From the human T2T-CHM13v2.0 reference genome, Homo sapiens: a stretch of DNA of 64,000 nt. This document shows positions 15,471 to 29,932 of the stretch, in pieces; the first letter of the stretch is position 1, and every line of letters begins with the position of its first letter. Made by a program: the position numbers and the translations under genes. A model generated the notes under the pieces. That model made no database searches. It was given only the letters and a program-made list of their open reading frames with translations, and was not told the DNA's origin. The stretch lies in the NCBI RefSeq assembly GCF_009914755.1, contig NC_060935.1; one strand, given 5' to 3'.

Positions 15471-16082
15471 AATTTTAGACTAATCTGTACTAATTTGGAA
15501 ATCTGAATAAAGGAACCCCCTCAAAGCTCTCCAGGCAAGGAAACTTTATTTATAAAACCTCTAGCCCACGGGCTAGGTGCGGTGGCTCTCACCTGCAAGA
15601 AAGCCTGGTCCAAAGAGGTGAGACCCACCCACCAGCCTGGTTTAAGTACAAGAACAACCTCAGGGTTGGAGAGGAGAGATAGGTATTTGACACATAGATT
15701 TTCTGCGGGCCCGGCACTTGGGAATTTGTGTCTGGTTTGAGACAGCAATCTGTACTTCTTCCTTGATCCAAGACTTCGCCTGCATGCATAAATATCACCA
15801 GTAGTTTCCCTCTGTTATGAGAGCTGAAGGTGGTCTAGCTAGGGACCCACAAGACCAACGCCATCAGGAGAGAAGCACCTGGATCTGCAGCACACACTCT
15901 GCCTTCCCTCCTGTTAGGATGGGGAAAAAAGCAACCAGGTCCTGTGCCCAGGACCCCATCTGTCATCACTTTCTCAAGGATTTTATTTCTATAGGTTATC
16001 TTTTTATCTTCTGCAGCGTTCAAGTCCTCCTTCTCCTCTGTATCATTGCTATCTGTATACAAATATCTCTTAAAAGTTATCT

Positions 16083-16456
<374 letters not shown>

Positions 16457-16800
16457 TTATATCTCACCTCCCATCCTTTTCCTTTTCTCAGCCTACTCAG
16501 ATGAAGCTTTTGTGCCCCAGCTACCCCCCATTCCATTAAAACAGCTCTAATCAAGGTGCCAATGGCCACGCCTCTGTCTTCATCTTACTTGCCTTACTAG
16601 CAGGCCCTCGCTTGATCTTCTCCTTCCTCCTGAAATGTATTCCTCCTGAGGGCTCCACGAACTCCTGCTCACTTGGTCTTTTCCTACCTTACTTTATACC
16701 TCCTTCATCTGCTGGCTGTCTTCTCATTCACCACCAGACCTTTGAATGTTGGAGTGCTCCAGACTCCATCCTCAAAACTCTTCTCTTTCTTTTTTTTTAA

Positions 16801-17510
<710 letters not shown>

Positions 17511-18801
17511 CGAAGCTCTGCTCTATGGGCACTACTCCCAAGTTAATTTCACCTAACCACAACACCTGCTTTAAATACCTTTCACTGATGCCTTGTGAAT
17601 ACCGGTGGCTCTCAAACATTCCTCTGTAGTCCAGATCTCATCCCTGAACCCAGATGCAGATACTACTACTACTGTCCACTTCACATCTCCACTTAGAAGG
17701 ATGCCTAGCAGGTGCCTCAAACTCAACAGTGCCAAAATAAAGCTATGGTCTTTCCCCCAATCCACTCCCCTTCAATCCTGTGCCACCCGAGTAGATGGCA
17801 CCACTGCCTACACATTTGCCCAGGCCCCAAACCCAAGAGTCCCCTTGCTTTTCCTTTCCCTTGTGTTCCAATTCCAATGCATCAGTAAACCCTATCAGAT
17901 CACTCTCCATAAGAGATCTTGAATCCAACTTCCTTCGGTGACAACTGCTCCCATCATATCCCAAACAACCACCATTTCTTGCCTTAACTGTTTCAACTAC
18001 CTCCTAACTAGTCTCATGGCCATAACTCTTGTCTTAATTATAATACATCCTCCACACAGCAGCCAGAGTGATCTTTCTAAGGTGTAATTGGGATCATGCC
18101 AAGCCCGCTTCCCTATTTAAAACCTCCGATAGCTTCTCATTATGTTGATAAACCCAGCCTCTTTGTCACGGCTTACAAAATCCTTTGTGTTATGGTCCTG
18201 CCTACCTTTCCAGTCATTTCCTTCTTCCTCTTTGTTCACTACACTCCAGCTACAACAGCTGCCTTCTGTCATTCCTGTCTAAGGGCCTCTATTCTTGCTG
18301 TTCTTCCTGCCTAGAATACCACCTTAATTCAAACAGCCTCCCTATGAACTCTCCACTTGTTATCCTATGCTATCTTTCTTTACAGGACTCAGCAGCATGT
18401 GAAATTAACTTATTTATTCACCTAGTCTCATTGGCATATAAACTCCTGGGATCGGGAATCATAGCTGGTGAGCAGAGGCACACACTGTGGCTTGCACGCC
18501 CCTCCCTGGTTTCAACCCCTGCTCTACACTTCGGATTTCAGCACAGCTTCTGCCTACCATGACTTGGTGACCCATGTGGATTTCATTGTCTGGTTTTTGA
18601 CGCCCGCTCCCCATTTGACTCTTGGCTCAACAGGTTCCCTGTATTTCAGCAGTGCTCAAAGCCTTGCTTGACAGACACTTCCTCTGCCATCCTGGGCCCC
18701 AGACCTATTTCTCTGTGAAGAGAGTTCTGTCTGAGGTCAGCTAGCCCATAGGGTGCAACAGTCTAAACTGGCCCTATAAACTGTAAGAAGTCTTCACCTG
18801 A

Positions 18802-19392
18802 GGCCAGGCACAGTGGCTCACACCTGTAATCCCAGCACTTTGGGAGGCCCAGGTGGGAGGATCACTTAAGGTCACGAGTTTGAGACCAGCCTGGCCAACA
18901 TGGCCAAACCCCGTCTCTAATACAAATAAAAAAAAATTTGGCAGGGCGTGGTGGCTCACGCCTGTAATCCCAGCACTTCGGGAGGCTGAGGTAGGCGGAT
19001 CACAAGGTCAAGAGATCAAGACCATCCTGGGTAACACAATGAAACCCCATCTCCACTAAAAATACAAAAAATTAGCCGGTTGTGGTGGCAGGCGCCTGTA
19101 GTCCCAGTTATTCGGGTGGCTGAGGCAGGAGAATGGTGTGAACCAGGAAGGCGGAGCTTACAGTGAGCCGAGATCGTGTCACTGCACTCCAGCCTGGGCG
19201 ACAGAGCGAGACTCTGTCTAAAAAAAAAAAAATTAGCTGGGCGTGGTGGCAGGCACCTGTAATCCTAGCTACTCAGGAGGCTGAGGTGGGAGAATCGCTG
19301 TAACCTGGGAGGTGGAGGTTGAGAGAGCCAAGATCACACCACTGCACTCCAGCCTGGGTGACAGAGTAAGACTGTCTCAATTAAAAAAAAAA
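18802..19392 (+). mobile_element. AluS with a younger Alu (18940-19230) nested in its linker
   Basis: Outer TSD AAGAAG(T/G)CTTCACCTGA. Confidence 0.92.
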
Positions 19393-19471
19393 GAAGGCTT
19401 CACCTGAATAGGCCCACTTGAAGCAACTAAAGCAAAAAAGAAACTCAAACCACTCCAAGGGATGTGAGATT

Positions 19472-19705
19472 ATTTCTTTCTTTTTTTTTTTTTTTTTAAT
19501 TTTTTTTTTTTGAAACAGAGTCTTGCTCTGTTTTCCAGGCTAGAATGCATTGGCATGATCACAGCTCACTGCAGCCTTGACCTCCTGGGCTGAAGCAATC
19601 CTCCAACTTCAGCCTCCCCAGTAGCTGGGACCACAGGCACATGCCACCACGCCTGGCTACATTTTTTTTGTTTTTTAGGGATGAGGGTCTCACTATGTTG
19701 CCCAT
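19472..19705 (-). mobile_element. AluJ, 5'-truncated
   Basis: Right arm plus part of left arm. Confidence 0.85.
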
Positions 19706-19959
19706 GCAGAAGGTTCCTTTTTTGTGATTTTCCATATGCCAAGCAGCCAAAACTACTAGGCTATCCATAAAACTGGACTGTCAGGATGTGGCTAAAGCTC
19801 ACCTGACCAGAGAAATTGTCTGGCCCTGGAACAATACATCCATCTCATCCCAATGGTGGCCAACTGGAACAGTCTGTCAGGCATGATATTACACAATGGT
19901 CTGAAGCCCTATTCCTTGCTTCACAAAGAAAGCACCAATAATAAAACCCCATGAATACT

Positions 19960-20170
19960 ATTACCATGTACTGAGCCTATTACTCAATACTAGGTGTCTA
20001 CTGCTTTTTCATCTTGCTTAATTTTCACAGTAAAATCAGGGTAGGTTATTATTCTTATTTAACAGTTGAGAAAACCAAGGCTCAGAGACAGGTGAAAGAA
20101 TTTGCCCCAGGTCATATAACAAATGAGTAGGAGAGCCTGCATTTCTAACTCCAAAGCCCATGCTCACAAC
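19960..20170 (-). mobile_element. MIR
   Basis: GAGAAAACCAAGGCTCAGAGA. Confidence 0.75.
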
Positions 20171-20277
20171 CCTTACCCTCTAAATATTTGATTATGAGTG
20201 CGTTCATACACCCCCACACACAAAATTATATACTCCTTAAGAGCTAGGAGTTTATTTTTGTTCTATAAAATCCTTAA

Positions 20278-20690
<413 letters not shown>

Positions 20691-20707
20691 TGCAATTGTA
20701 CTATTAA

Positions 20708-20878
<171 letters not shown>

Positions 20879-20919
20879 TAATATTATTAATAGATCAATA
20901 TAAATATCCATTGCCATAA

Positions 20920-21292
<373 letters not shown>

Positions 21293-21644
21293 AATTTTTA
21301 GTTTTTTAATATACAGTACAGTAATTTGCTCTTACTGGAACATGGAATGGGAAAGAAAAGTGGAAGATGAACCTAATGAAAGAAAAATAACACGCTGCAT
21401 CTTTCATGAGACTCCAGGATAAATCCAGTTAAATGATATGCTAATTACACAGAATAGAGAAACAATTCTGGAATTATAATAATAAAATTACTAGCCTTTT
21501 CTAGTAAATGTAAGTACCACAATTTTCAATAGAAAAACACATTTAATATAGTGTGTAAAATACACAGTACCCCCACCCCCAACCTAGGTTAGATTCAAAA
21601 AATGTTCAAAATTGAGTATAAGAATACGAATGACATTCTAACTT

Positions 21645-21800
21645 GGCCAGGCACGGCAGTTCACACCTGTAATCCCAGCACTTTGGGAGTCCAAGGCAGG
21701 AGGATCGCTTGAGTCCAGAAGTTTGAGACCAGCCTGGGCAACACATAGTGAGACCCCGTCTCTGAAAAAAAACAAATTAAAAACAAACAAACAAACAAAA
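21645..21800 (+). mobile_element. FLAM_C
   Basis: Left monomer. Confidence 0.85.
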
Positions 21801-22179
21801 AGCAAATGGAAGAGTAACAGAATTCTATAATTTAGTGGAAAAAAACATGTGGCTATCTTTTAGCAAAATGAATTTGGTTAATAATGTAACAGAAGTGTGT
21901 GTGTATATATCACTTTAGGACTGTGGTTTCTAGTTAAAATTTTAAAATTTGCTCTCCCAAGTTCTTTTATTGAATAACTCTCAAGTACCCTCTGGTGGAT
22001 GAGATGAGGAATACTTTGGTACCAGAGGTGCCGTTTGTCACCTATTATGTGCCTAAAAGTAATCATAACCCACATCGTTAGGTTTACATAGATAAAGGAT
22101 ACAGGAATAACGATTAATTTTAAAGAAACACTTTAGATATTTATAGTCATAGCTAATGGCAAGGATTTACATTTATTTT

Positions 22180-22328
22180 CTGAGATGGGATCTCACTATG
22201 TTGCCCAGGCTGGAGTGCAGTGGTTTTCATGAGGGTGATCATAGCTCACGATAGCCTTGGATTCCTGGGCTCCTGCATCAGCCTCCTGAGTAGCTGGGAC
22301 TATAAGTGTGCACCGCCATGGCTGGCTA
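22180..22328 (-). mobile_element. FAM-like monomer
   Basis: GTGGTTTTCATGAGGGTGATCATAGC FAM-type segment. Confidence 0.65.
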
Positions 22329-22398
22329 AAGTTTACTTTTATATTTATTAATATTAATAGATATTAATATTATCTATTATATTATTAATATTATATTA

Positions 22399-22510
22399 TT
22401 AAAATAAATTGACAAGCCAAAATATGTTAATATTAGATAATTAATAATCAATTATTAGATAATAATATTAATATTATATGTTATATTTTTGGCTTGTCAA
22501 TTTATTTTAA
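22399..22510. repeat. 24-bp perfect inverted repeat with 64-nt AT-rich spacer
   Basis: TTAAAATAAATTGACAAGCCAAAA (22399-22422) / TTTTGGCTTGTCAATTTATTTTAA (22487-22510). Confidence 0.95.
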
Positions 22511-22675
22511 ATAACTGCTATCGGAAATTTCCCTTTTACTACTATCTTTGGAGTAAAAAATTAATATGATGGTTTTAGTCACCTTAAATAGGTCATTAAA
22601 CATCTTTTCAAAGAACCCATAGGTAGGTTAAAGAAAAATATTAACTTTCACTCAAATGTAAATAATTTAAAAGGC

Positions 22676-24137
22676 CCCCTCCCCCTCCCCCTCCCCCTCT
22701 CCCCACTGTCTCCCTCTGATGCCGAGCCAAAGCTGGACTGTACTGCTGCCATCTCGGCTCACTGCAACCTCCCTGCCTGATTCTCCTGCCTCAGCCTGCC
22801 GTGTGCCTGCGATTGCAGGCGCGCACTGCCACGCCTGACTGGTTTTCGTATTTTTTTGGTGGAGACGGGGTTTCGCTGTGTTGGCCGGGCTGGTCTCCAG
22901 CTCCTAACCGCAAGTGATCCGCCAACCTCGGCCTCCCGAGGTGCCGGGATTGCAGACGGAGTCTGGTTCACTCAGTGCTCAATGGTGCCCAGGCTGGAGT
23001 GCAGTGGCTTGATCTCGGCTCGCTACAACCTCCACCTCCCAGCCGCCTGCCTTGGCCTCCCAAAGTGCCAAGAGTGCAGCCTCTGCCCGGCCGCCACCCC
23101 GTCTGGGAAGTGAGGAGTGTCTCTGCCTGGCTGCCCATTGTCTGGGACGTGAGGAGCCTCTCTGCCTGGCTGCCCAGTCCTCACTTCCTGGCCATCCCAT
23201 CTAGGAAGTGAGGAGCGTCTCTGCCCGGCCGCCCATCGTCTGAGATGTGGGGAGCGCCTCTGCCCGGCCGCGACCCCATCTGGGAGGTGAGGAGCGTCTC
23301 TGCCCAGCCGCCCCGTCTGAGAAGTGAGGAGACCCTCCGCCTGGCAACCACCCCGTCTGAGAAGTGAGGAGCCCCTCCGCCCAGCAGCCACCCTGTCTGG
23401 GAAGTGAGGAGCGTCTCCGCCCGGCAGCCACCCCGTCCGGGAGGGAGGTGGGGGTCAGCCCCCGCCAGGCCAGCCACCCCGTCCGGGAGGGAGGTGGGGG
23501 GGGTCAGCCCCCCGCCCGGCCAGCCGCCCCGTCCGGGAGGTGAGGGGTGCCTCTGCCCGGCCGCCCCTACTGGGAAGTGAGGAGCCCCTCTGCCTGGCCA
23601 CCACCCCGTCTGGGAGGTGTACCCAACAGCTCATTGCGAACGGGCCATGATGACAATGGCGGTTTTGTGGAGTGGAAAGGGGGGAAAGGTGGGGAAAAGA
23701 TTGAGAAATCGGATGGTTGCCGTGTCTGTATAGAAAGAAGTAGACATGGGAGACTTTTCATTTTGTTCTGTACTAAGAAAAATTATTCTGCCTTGGGATC
23801 CTGTTGATCTGTGACCTTACCCCCAACCCTGTGCGCTCTGAAACATGTGCTGTGTCCACTCAGGGTTAAATGGATTAAGGGTGGTGCAAGATGTGCTTTG
23901 TTAAACAGATGCTTGAAGGCAGCATGCTCGTTAAGAGTCATCACTACTCCCTAATCTCAAGTACCCAGGGACACAAACACTGCGGAGGGCCCCAGGGTCC
24001 TCTGCCTAGGAAAACCAGAGACCTTTGTTCACTTGTTTATCTGCTGACCTTCCCTCCACTATTGTCCTAGGACCCTGCCAAATCCCCCTCTGCGAGAAAC
24101 ACCCAAGAATGATCAATAAAAAAATAAACTAAAAAAA
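22676..24137 (+). mobile_element. SVA retrotransposon, full length (SVA_D-like)
   Basis: C-rich hexamer head, antisense Alu-like domain, GC-rich VNTR, SINE-R, AATAAA 24115-24120; TSD AAATAATTTAAAAGGC at 22660-22675 and 24138-24153. Confidence 0.97.
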
Positions 24138-24487
24138 AAATAATTTAAAAGGCAACAACATAACCTAGCTATAATTTCTGCTTTAAGGAAACCTAAAAAT
24201 GACAAACAGAAAGTCAGCATTTTTCAAAATATGTGCTGTGAGATACTAGTTCCCGGATGTGCTGGAGGGGGAGTAAGAGAAGGGTACCCTCTTAGTTGAG
24301 AGAAATTTCAGAAGATTAATTTCCTCCCTTTGTTTTGTTTCCACACTCAGATCGTAAGTTTCTGATAATTTGCTTTTTGTGCTACTTGCTCATGGGAAGA
24401 GCATGTCCTGGGCCACACGACACAAGCTTTCCAGGCTTTTGCTTCACAGCTCAAGTTAGCCTTGTGAAGCTAAATGTCAGCATTCAT

Positions 24488-24870
<383 letters not shown>

Positions 24871-25285
24871 TTAGTCATAGCAAATACGCTTAACACTTTA
24901 CATAGCAAATATGCATAACAAATACGCTTAACACTTTTTCTTCTTTAAGTGGAAGGGCCATAGTGGGGGGACTTTCACCTTCAAAGCTACACTTTCTCTA
25001 ATATTTGAAATTTTTACAATAGCATGTTTAATGTATATAACCTAAATATATACATATACTTAAGTTACCATATTCAATTGTAGAATTTGAGAGGTAAAAA
25101 ATATTTTCCCAAAAATGTTCCCAAATGCATCTCTCAAGCTTCCACATGCCCAGACTGGCAGAAAATCCAATTTTCCTAAGCACAGCCCACCTACCTCCTT
25201 CTCTGCAAAACTCCCCTGCCTCTGCTTGTATTCAAAGCACAAGACCTGGCTGAATGTGCTTGCCAAGTCCCTAGAATTGAAGCTT

Positions 25286-25304
25286 AGAGCGCCCCCTTGA
25301 GGCT
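25286..25304 (-). promoter_or_regulatory. Candidate CTCF site
   Basis: AGCCTCAAGGGGGCGCTCT in non-repeat DNA with CpG retained; motif only. Confidence 0.45.
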
Positions 25305-25375
25305 TGAGGGGCATCCACAGTGCTGCCCAGCTCTTATTCTTTAATATGCAACCGACGAACGTTGACTTGGTGTAA

Positions 25376-25920
<545 letters not shown>

Positions 25921-26147
25921 AGGGGTTTAAGGAGACATTGCATGAATGCTCAACTTCTTGGACAAATAGGACATGAAACTCATATGGAGGTGATTCTGTC
26001 AAAAGCATCTACGCAAGGGCTCTGCAGTCTACACCTAGGATGGGCTAAGCCCAGGTTTTCCACACTAGGATGTGTGGACTTTCTGGAATAAGCAGAATCC
26101 TGTAGGTACTGATACTGTAAGTAAACACAGTGTATCATCTAAGAGTA

Positions 26148-26517
26148 TGTATTAGTCCATTTTCGCCCTGCTATAAAGACATATCCAAAAGTGGATACTT
26201 TATAAAGAAAGGAGGTTTAATTGACTCACAGTTCTGCATGGATGGAGAGGCCTTAGGAAACCTACAATCATGGCAGAAAGCCAAGGGGAAGCAAGGCATG
26301 TCTTACGTGGCAGCAGGTGAGAAAGAGAAGACAGGGGAAACTGCCAAACACTTTCAAAGCTTCAGATCTCATGAAAACTTACACACACCGTCACAAGAAC
26401 ATCATAGGAGAAACCACTCCCATGATCCAATCACCTCCCACCAGATCCCTGCCTTGACATATGGGAATTACAGTTTGAGATGAGATTTGGGTGGGGACAC
26501 AGAGCCAAACCATATCA
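26148..26517 (-). mobile_element. MaLR solo LTR (MSTA/THE1D-like)
   Basis: TGTATTAGTCC...GCCAAACCATATCA; 5-bp TSD GAGTA. Confidence 0.92.
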
Positions 26518-26779
26518 GAGTATCAGTTTTCCTTCAAGGTTTTTTGGGGTAAATGTTATTTTATAGTAAGACCAATGGATATATTAAGGAGCATAAATGA
26601 AACATTTTAAAATACTTTGAGATAAAAAGGCAAAAAGATAAAACTAAAGCCATCCCGTTGGTGAAAGATTGCATCACAAAATCCTCTAGGACAATGCTTC
26701 TCATGCTTTCACGTGCAGATGTCTCTCCTGTAGGCAGGGCCAGCTCCATGGGTGTGAGGCCTGTGGAGTCGCACCTACA

Positions 26780-26890
26780 CTTGCAGATCCTGACTCAGCA
26801 TGGCTAGGCTAAGGCTGCGATTCTGCAGTTCTAACGAGCTCCCACGTAATACCTGTTGTTGGTCCAAAGACCACACGTTGAGTGGCAAGA
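26780..26890. mobile_element. MER5A-like hAT MITE fragment
   Basis: TTCTAACGAGCTCCCA...GGTCCAAAGACCACACGTTGAG. Confidence 0.6.
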
Positions 26891-27036
26891 CCCAGCCCTT
26901 CTCTCTATACCTCTGTTTGTTAACACTTAACCAGGAAAGTTTAAGAAGCAGTAGAGAAGGAGGGCAGTGAATCACAGCAGTCAAAATAATATAGTGAAAA
27001 GCGTGGGTCTTTACCACTACTTACTCTGTAAAATAC

Positions 27037-28695
27037 TGAGAGGTGACAGCGTGCTGGCAGTCCTCAGAGCCCTCGCTTGCTCTCGGCACCTCCCCTGCCT
27101 GGGCTCCCACTTTGGTGGCACTTGAGGAGCCCTTCAGCCCCCCACTGCACTGTGGGAGCCCCTTTCTGGGCTGGCCAAGGCCGGAGCCCACTCCCTCAGC
27201 TTGAAGGGAGGTGTGGAGGGAGAGGCACGAGCGGGAACCGGGGCTGCGTGCGGCGCTTGCGGGCCAGCTGGAGTTCCGGGTGGGCGTGGGCTTGGCTGGC
27301 CCCGCACTCGGAGCAGCCAGCCAGCCCTGCTGGCCCCGGACAATGGGGTACTTAGCACCCGGGCCAGTGGCTGCGGAGGGTGTACTGGGTCCCCCAGCAG
27401 TGCTGGCCCACCGGCGCTGCGCTCGATTTCTTGCCGGGCCTTAGCTGCCTTCCCGCCGGGCAGGACTAGGGACCTGCAGCCCGCCATGCCTGAGCCTCCC
27501 ACCCCCTCCATGGGCTCCTGTGCGGCCCGAGCCTCGCGGACGAGCACCACCCCCTGCTCCAGGCGCCCCGTCCCATTGACCACCCAAGGGCTAAGGAATG
27601 CGAGCGCACGGCGCAGGACTGGCAGGCAGCTCCACCTGCAGCCCCGGTGCGGGATCCACTAGGTGAAGCCAGCTGGGCTCCTGAGTCTGGTGGGGACGTG
27701 AAGAGTCTTTATATCTAGCTCAGGGATTGTAAATACACCAATCAGCACCCTGTGTTTAGCTCAAGGTTTGTGAGTGCACCAATCGACACTCTGTATCTAG
27801 CTGCTCTGGTGAGGACGTGGTGAGTCTTTATATCTAGCTCAGGGATTGTAAATACACCAATCAGCACCCTGTGTTTAGCTCAAGGTTTGTGAGTGCACCA
27901 ATCGACACTCTGTATCTAGCTGCTCTGGTGAGGACGTGGAGAGTCTTTATGTCTAGCTCAAGGATTGTAAATACACCAATCGGCACTCTGTATCTACCTC
28001 AAGGTTTGTAAACACACCAATCAGCACCCTGTGTTTAGCTCAAGGTTTGTGAATGTACCAATCGACACTCTGTATCTAGCTGCTCTGGTGGGGCCTTGGA
28101 GAACCTGTGTGTCGAAACTCTGTATCTAACTAATCTGATGGGGACGTGGAGAACCTTTGTATCTAGCTCAGGGATTGTAAATGCACCAATCAGCGCCCTG
28201 ACAAAACAGGCCACTTGGCTCTACCAATCAGCAGGATGTGGGTGGGGCCAGATAAGAGAATAAAAGCAGGCTGCCCAAGCCAGCATTGGTAACCTGCTCA
28301 GGTTTTCTTCCACACTGTGGAAGCTTTGTTCTTTGCAATAAATCTTGCTACTGCTCACTCTTTGGGTGCACGCTGCTTTTATGAGCTGTAACACTCACCG
28401 CGAAGATCTGCAGCTTCACTCCTGAGCCCAGCAAGACCACAAGCCCACCGGAAGGAATAAACAACTCCAGACACGCTGCTTTAAGAGCTGTGACACTCAC
28501 TGCGAAGGTCTGCAGCTTCACTCCTGAGCCAGCGAGACCACGAACCCCCCAGAAGGAAGAAACTCCGAACACATCTGAACATCAGAAGGGATAGACTCCA
28601 GACGCACCACCTTAAGAGCTGTAACACTCACCGCGAGTGTCTGCGGCTTCATTCTTGGAGTCAGTGAGGCCAAGAACCCCACAATTCTGGACACA
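27037..28695 (+). mobile_element. LTR12C solo LTR (ERV9)
   Basis: TGAGAGGTGACAGCGTGCTGG...CAATTCTGGACACA; 4-bp TSD ATAC; CpG-rich 5' part; tandem CCAAT units. Confidence 0.97.
27738..28266 (+). promoter_or_regulatory. LTR12C enhancer/promoter: 9 CCAAT (NF-Y) boxes, GC box, GATA, AATAAAA TATA-like box
   Basis: CCAAT at 27738, 27779, 27857, 27898, 27976, 28017, 28058, 28186, 28224; GGGTGGGG ~28240; GATAAGAGAATAAAAG 28251-28266. Confidence 0.75.
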
Positions 28696-28948
28696 ATACC
28701 ACAGATTGCTTTTCTCCTGATGGCTCAGTTTCCTCCTCTGTAAAATGAGAATAACAGTCACCTTGTAGAATAGCTGTGTGGGTTAAATGTGTGTAAAGCA
28801 TTTCACATTCAGTGTTCAGTAAAGACAGCTACTTTCAAGCTTTAAATGGTAACTAAACATAAGACCATGGTGGAAAAGAAAACATTCAGGATGCTTCTTT
28901 CTTCATGTTAATTGTGTTTCCCATTTTCCAGTCTCTCCTCCTTGCACC

Positions 28949-29047
28949 TAGGAAAAAACACTCTTGGAGACAGCAGTTCTGTAAAGGAAATATCATAGGA
29001 AAAAACACTCTTGGAGACAGCAGTTCTGTAAAGGAAATATCATAGGA
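28949..29047. repeat. Perfect 47-bp tandem duplication
   Basis: TAGGAAAAAACACTCTTGGAGACAGCAGTTCTGTAAAGGAAATATCA x2 plus TAGGA. Confidence 0.95.
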
Positions 29048-29053
29048 CCTGCT

Positions 29054-29354
29054 TATTTTTTATTATTTTTTTTTTTTGAGAGAGAGTCTTGCTGTGTCAC
29101 CCATGCTGGAGTGCAATCTTGGCTCACTGCAACCTCCGCCTCCAGGTTTCAAGCGATTCTTCTGCCTCAGCCTCCCAAGTAACTGGAATTATAAGTGCAT
29201 GCCACCACACCCAGGTGATTTTCATATTTTTTTAGTAGAGACAGGATTTCACCATGTTGGCAAGGCTGGTCTCAAACTCCTGATCTCAAGTGATCCACCT
29301 GCCTCGGCCTCCCGAAGTGCTGGGATTACAGGCATGATCCACTGCACCCAGCCA
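29054..29354 (-). mobile_element. AluS
   Basis: Alu dimer. Confidence 0.93.
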
Positions 29355-29932
29355 GGACCAACTTATTCTTTATGCAAAACTATTTTGTTGACTTCATGGG
29401 AAATATTATTAGTAACAAGAGCTATAAATACAAGATTAGTTTACTAGGGTTGTCATAACAAAGTAGCACAGAGTAGATGGTTTAAACAACAGAAATCTGT
29501 TTCCTCGCAGTTCTAGAGGATAAATGGTCAAACTCAAGTCATTGGCAGGTTTGGTTTCAGGCTAAGGCCTCTTTCCTTGGCTCATAAATGGTGGTTTTCT
29601 TAGTTCAAGCTGCTATAACAAATTACCATAACTGGTTGGTGTGAACAACAAACATTTATTTCTCACAATTCTGGAGGCTGGCAAGTCCAAGATCATGGCA
29701 CTAGCAGACCCAGTGTCTGGTGAGGGCATGCTTCCTGGTTTACAGGTGGTTACCTTCTCATTATATCCTCACATGGCAGAAAGCAGACAGAGAGAAAGCT
29801 AGCTTTGTCTTCTTATAGGAGCACCAGTCCCAGCACGAGAGCTCCATGCTTACAATTGAATTACCTGCAAGAGTTCCCCCACCTAATGCCATCCCAGGAG
29901 GGGTTAGGGTCCAATATAAGAATCTGAGGGGA

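Noticed and set aside
22759-23807. Overlapping ORFs with repeated GLLTSQTG motifs
   Set aside because: SVA Alu-like/VNTR translations
27077-27662. 149-153 aa ORFs
   Set aside because: GC-rich U3 of LTR12C; non-coding LTR
27694-28200. Regularly spaced repeats resembling a CRISPR array
   Set aside because: No unique spacers and no cas genes; these are the known LTR12 tandem enhancer units in primate DNA
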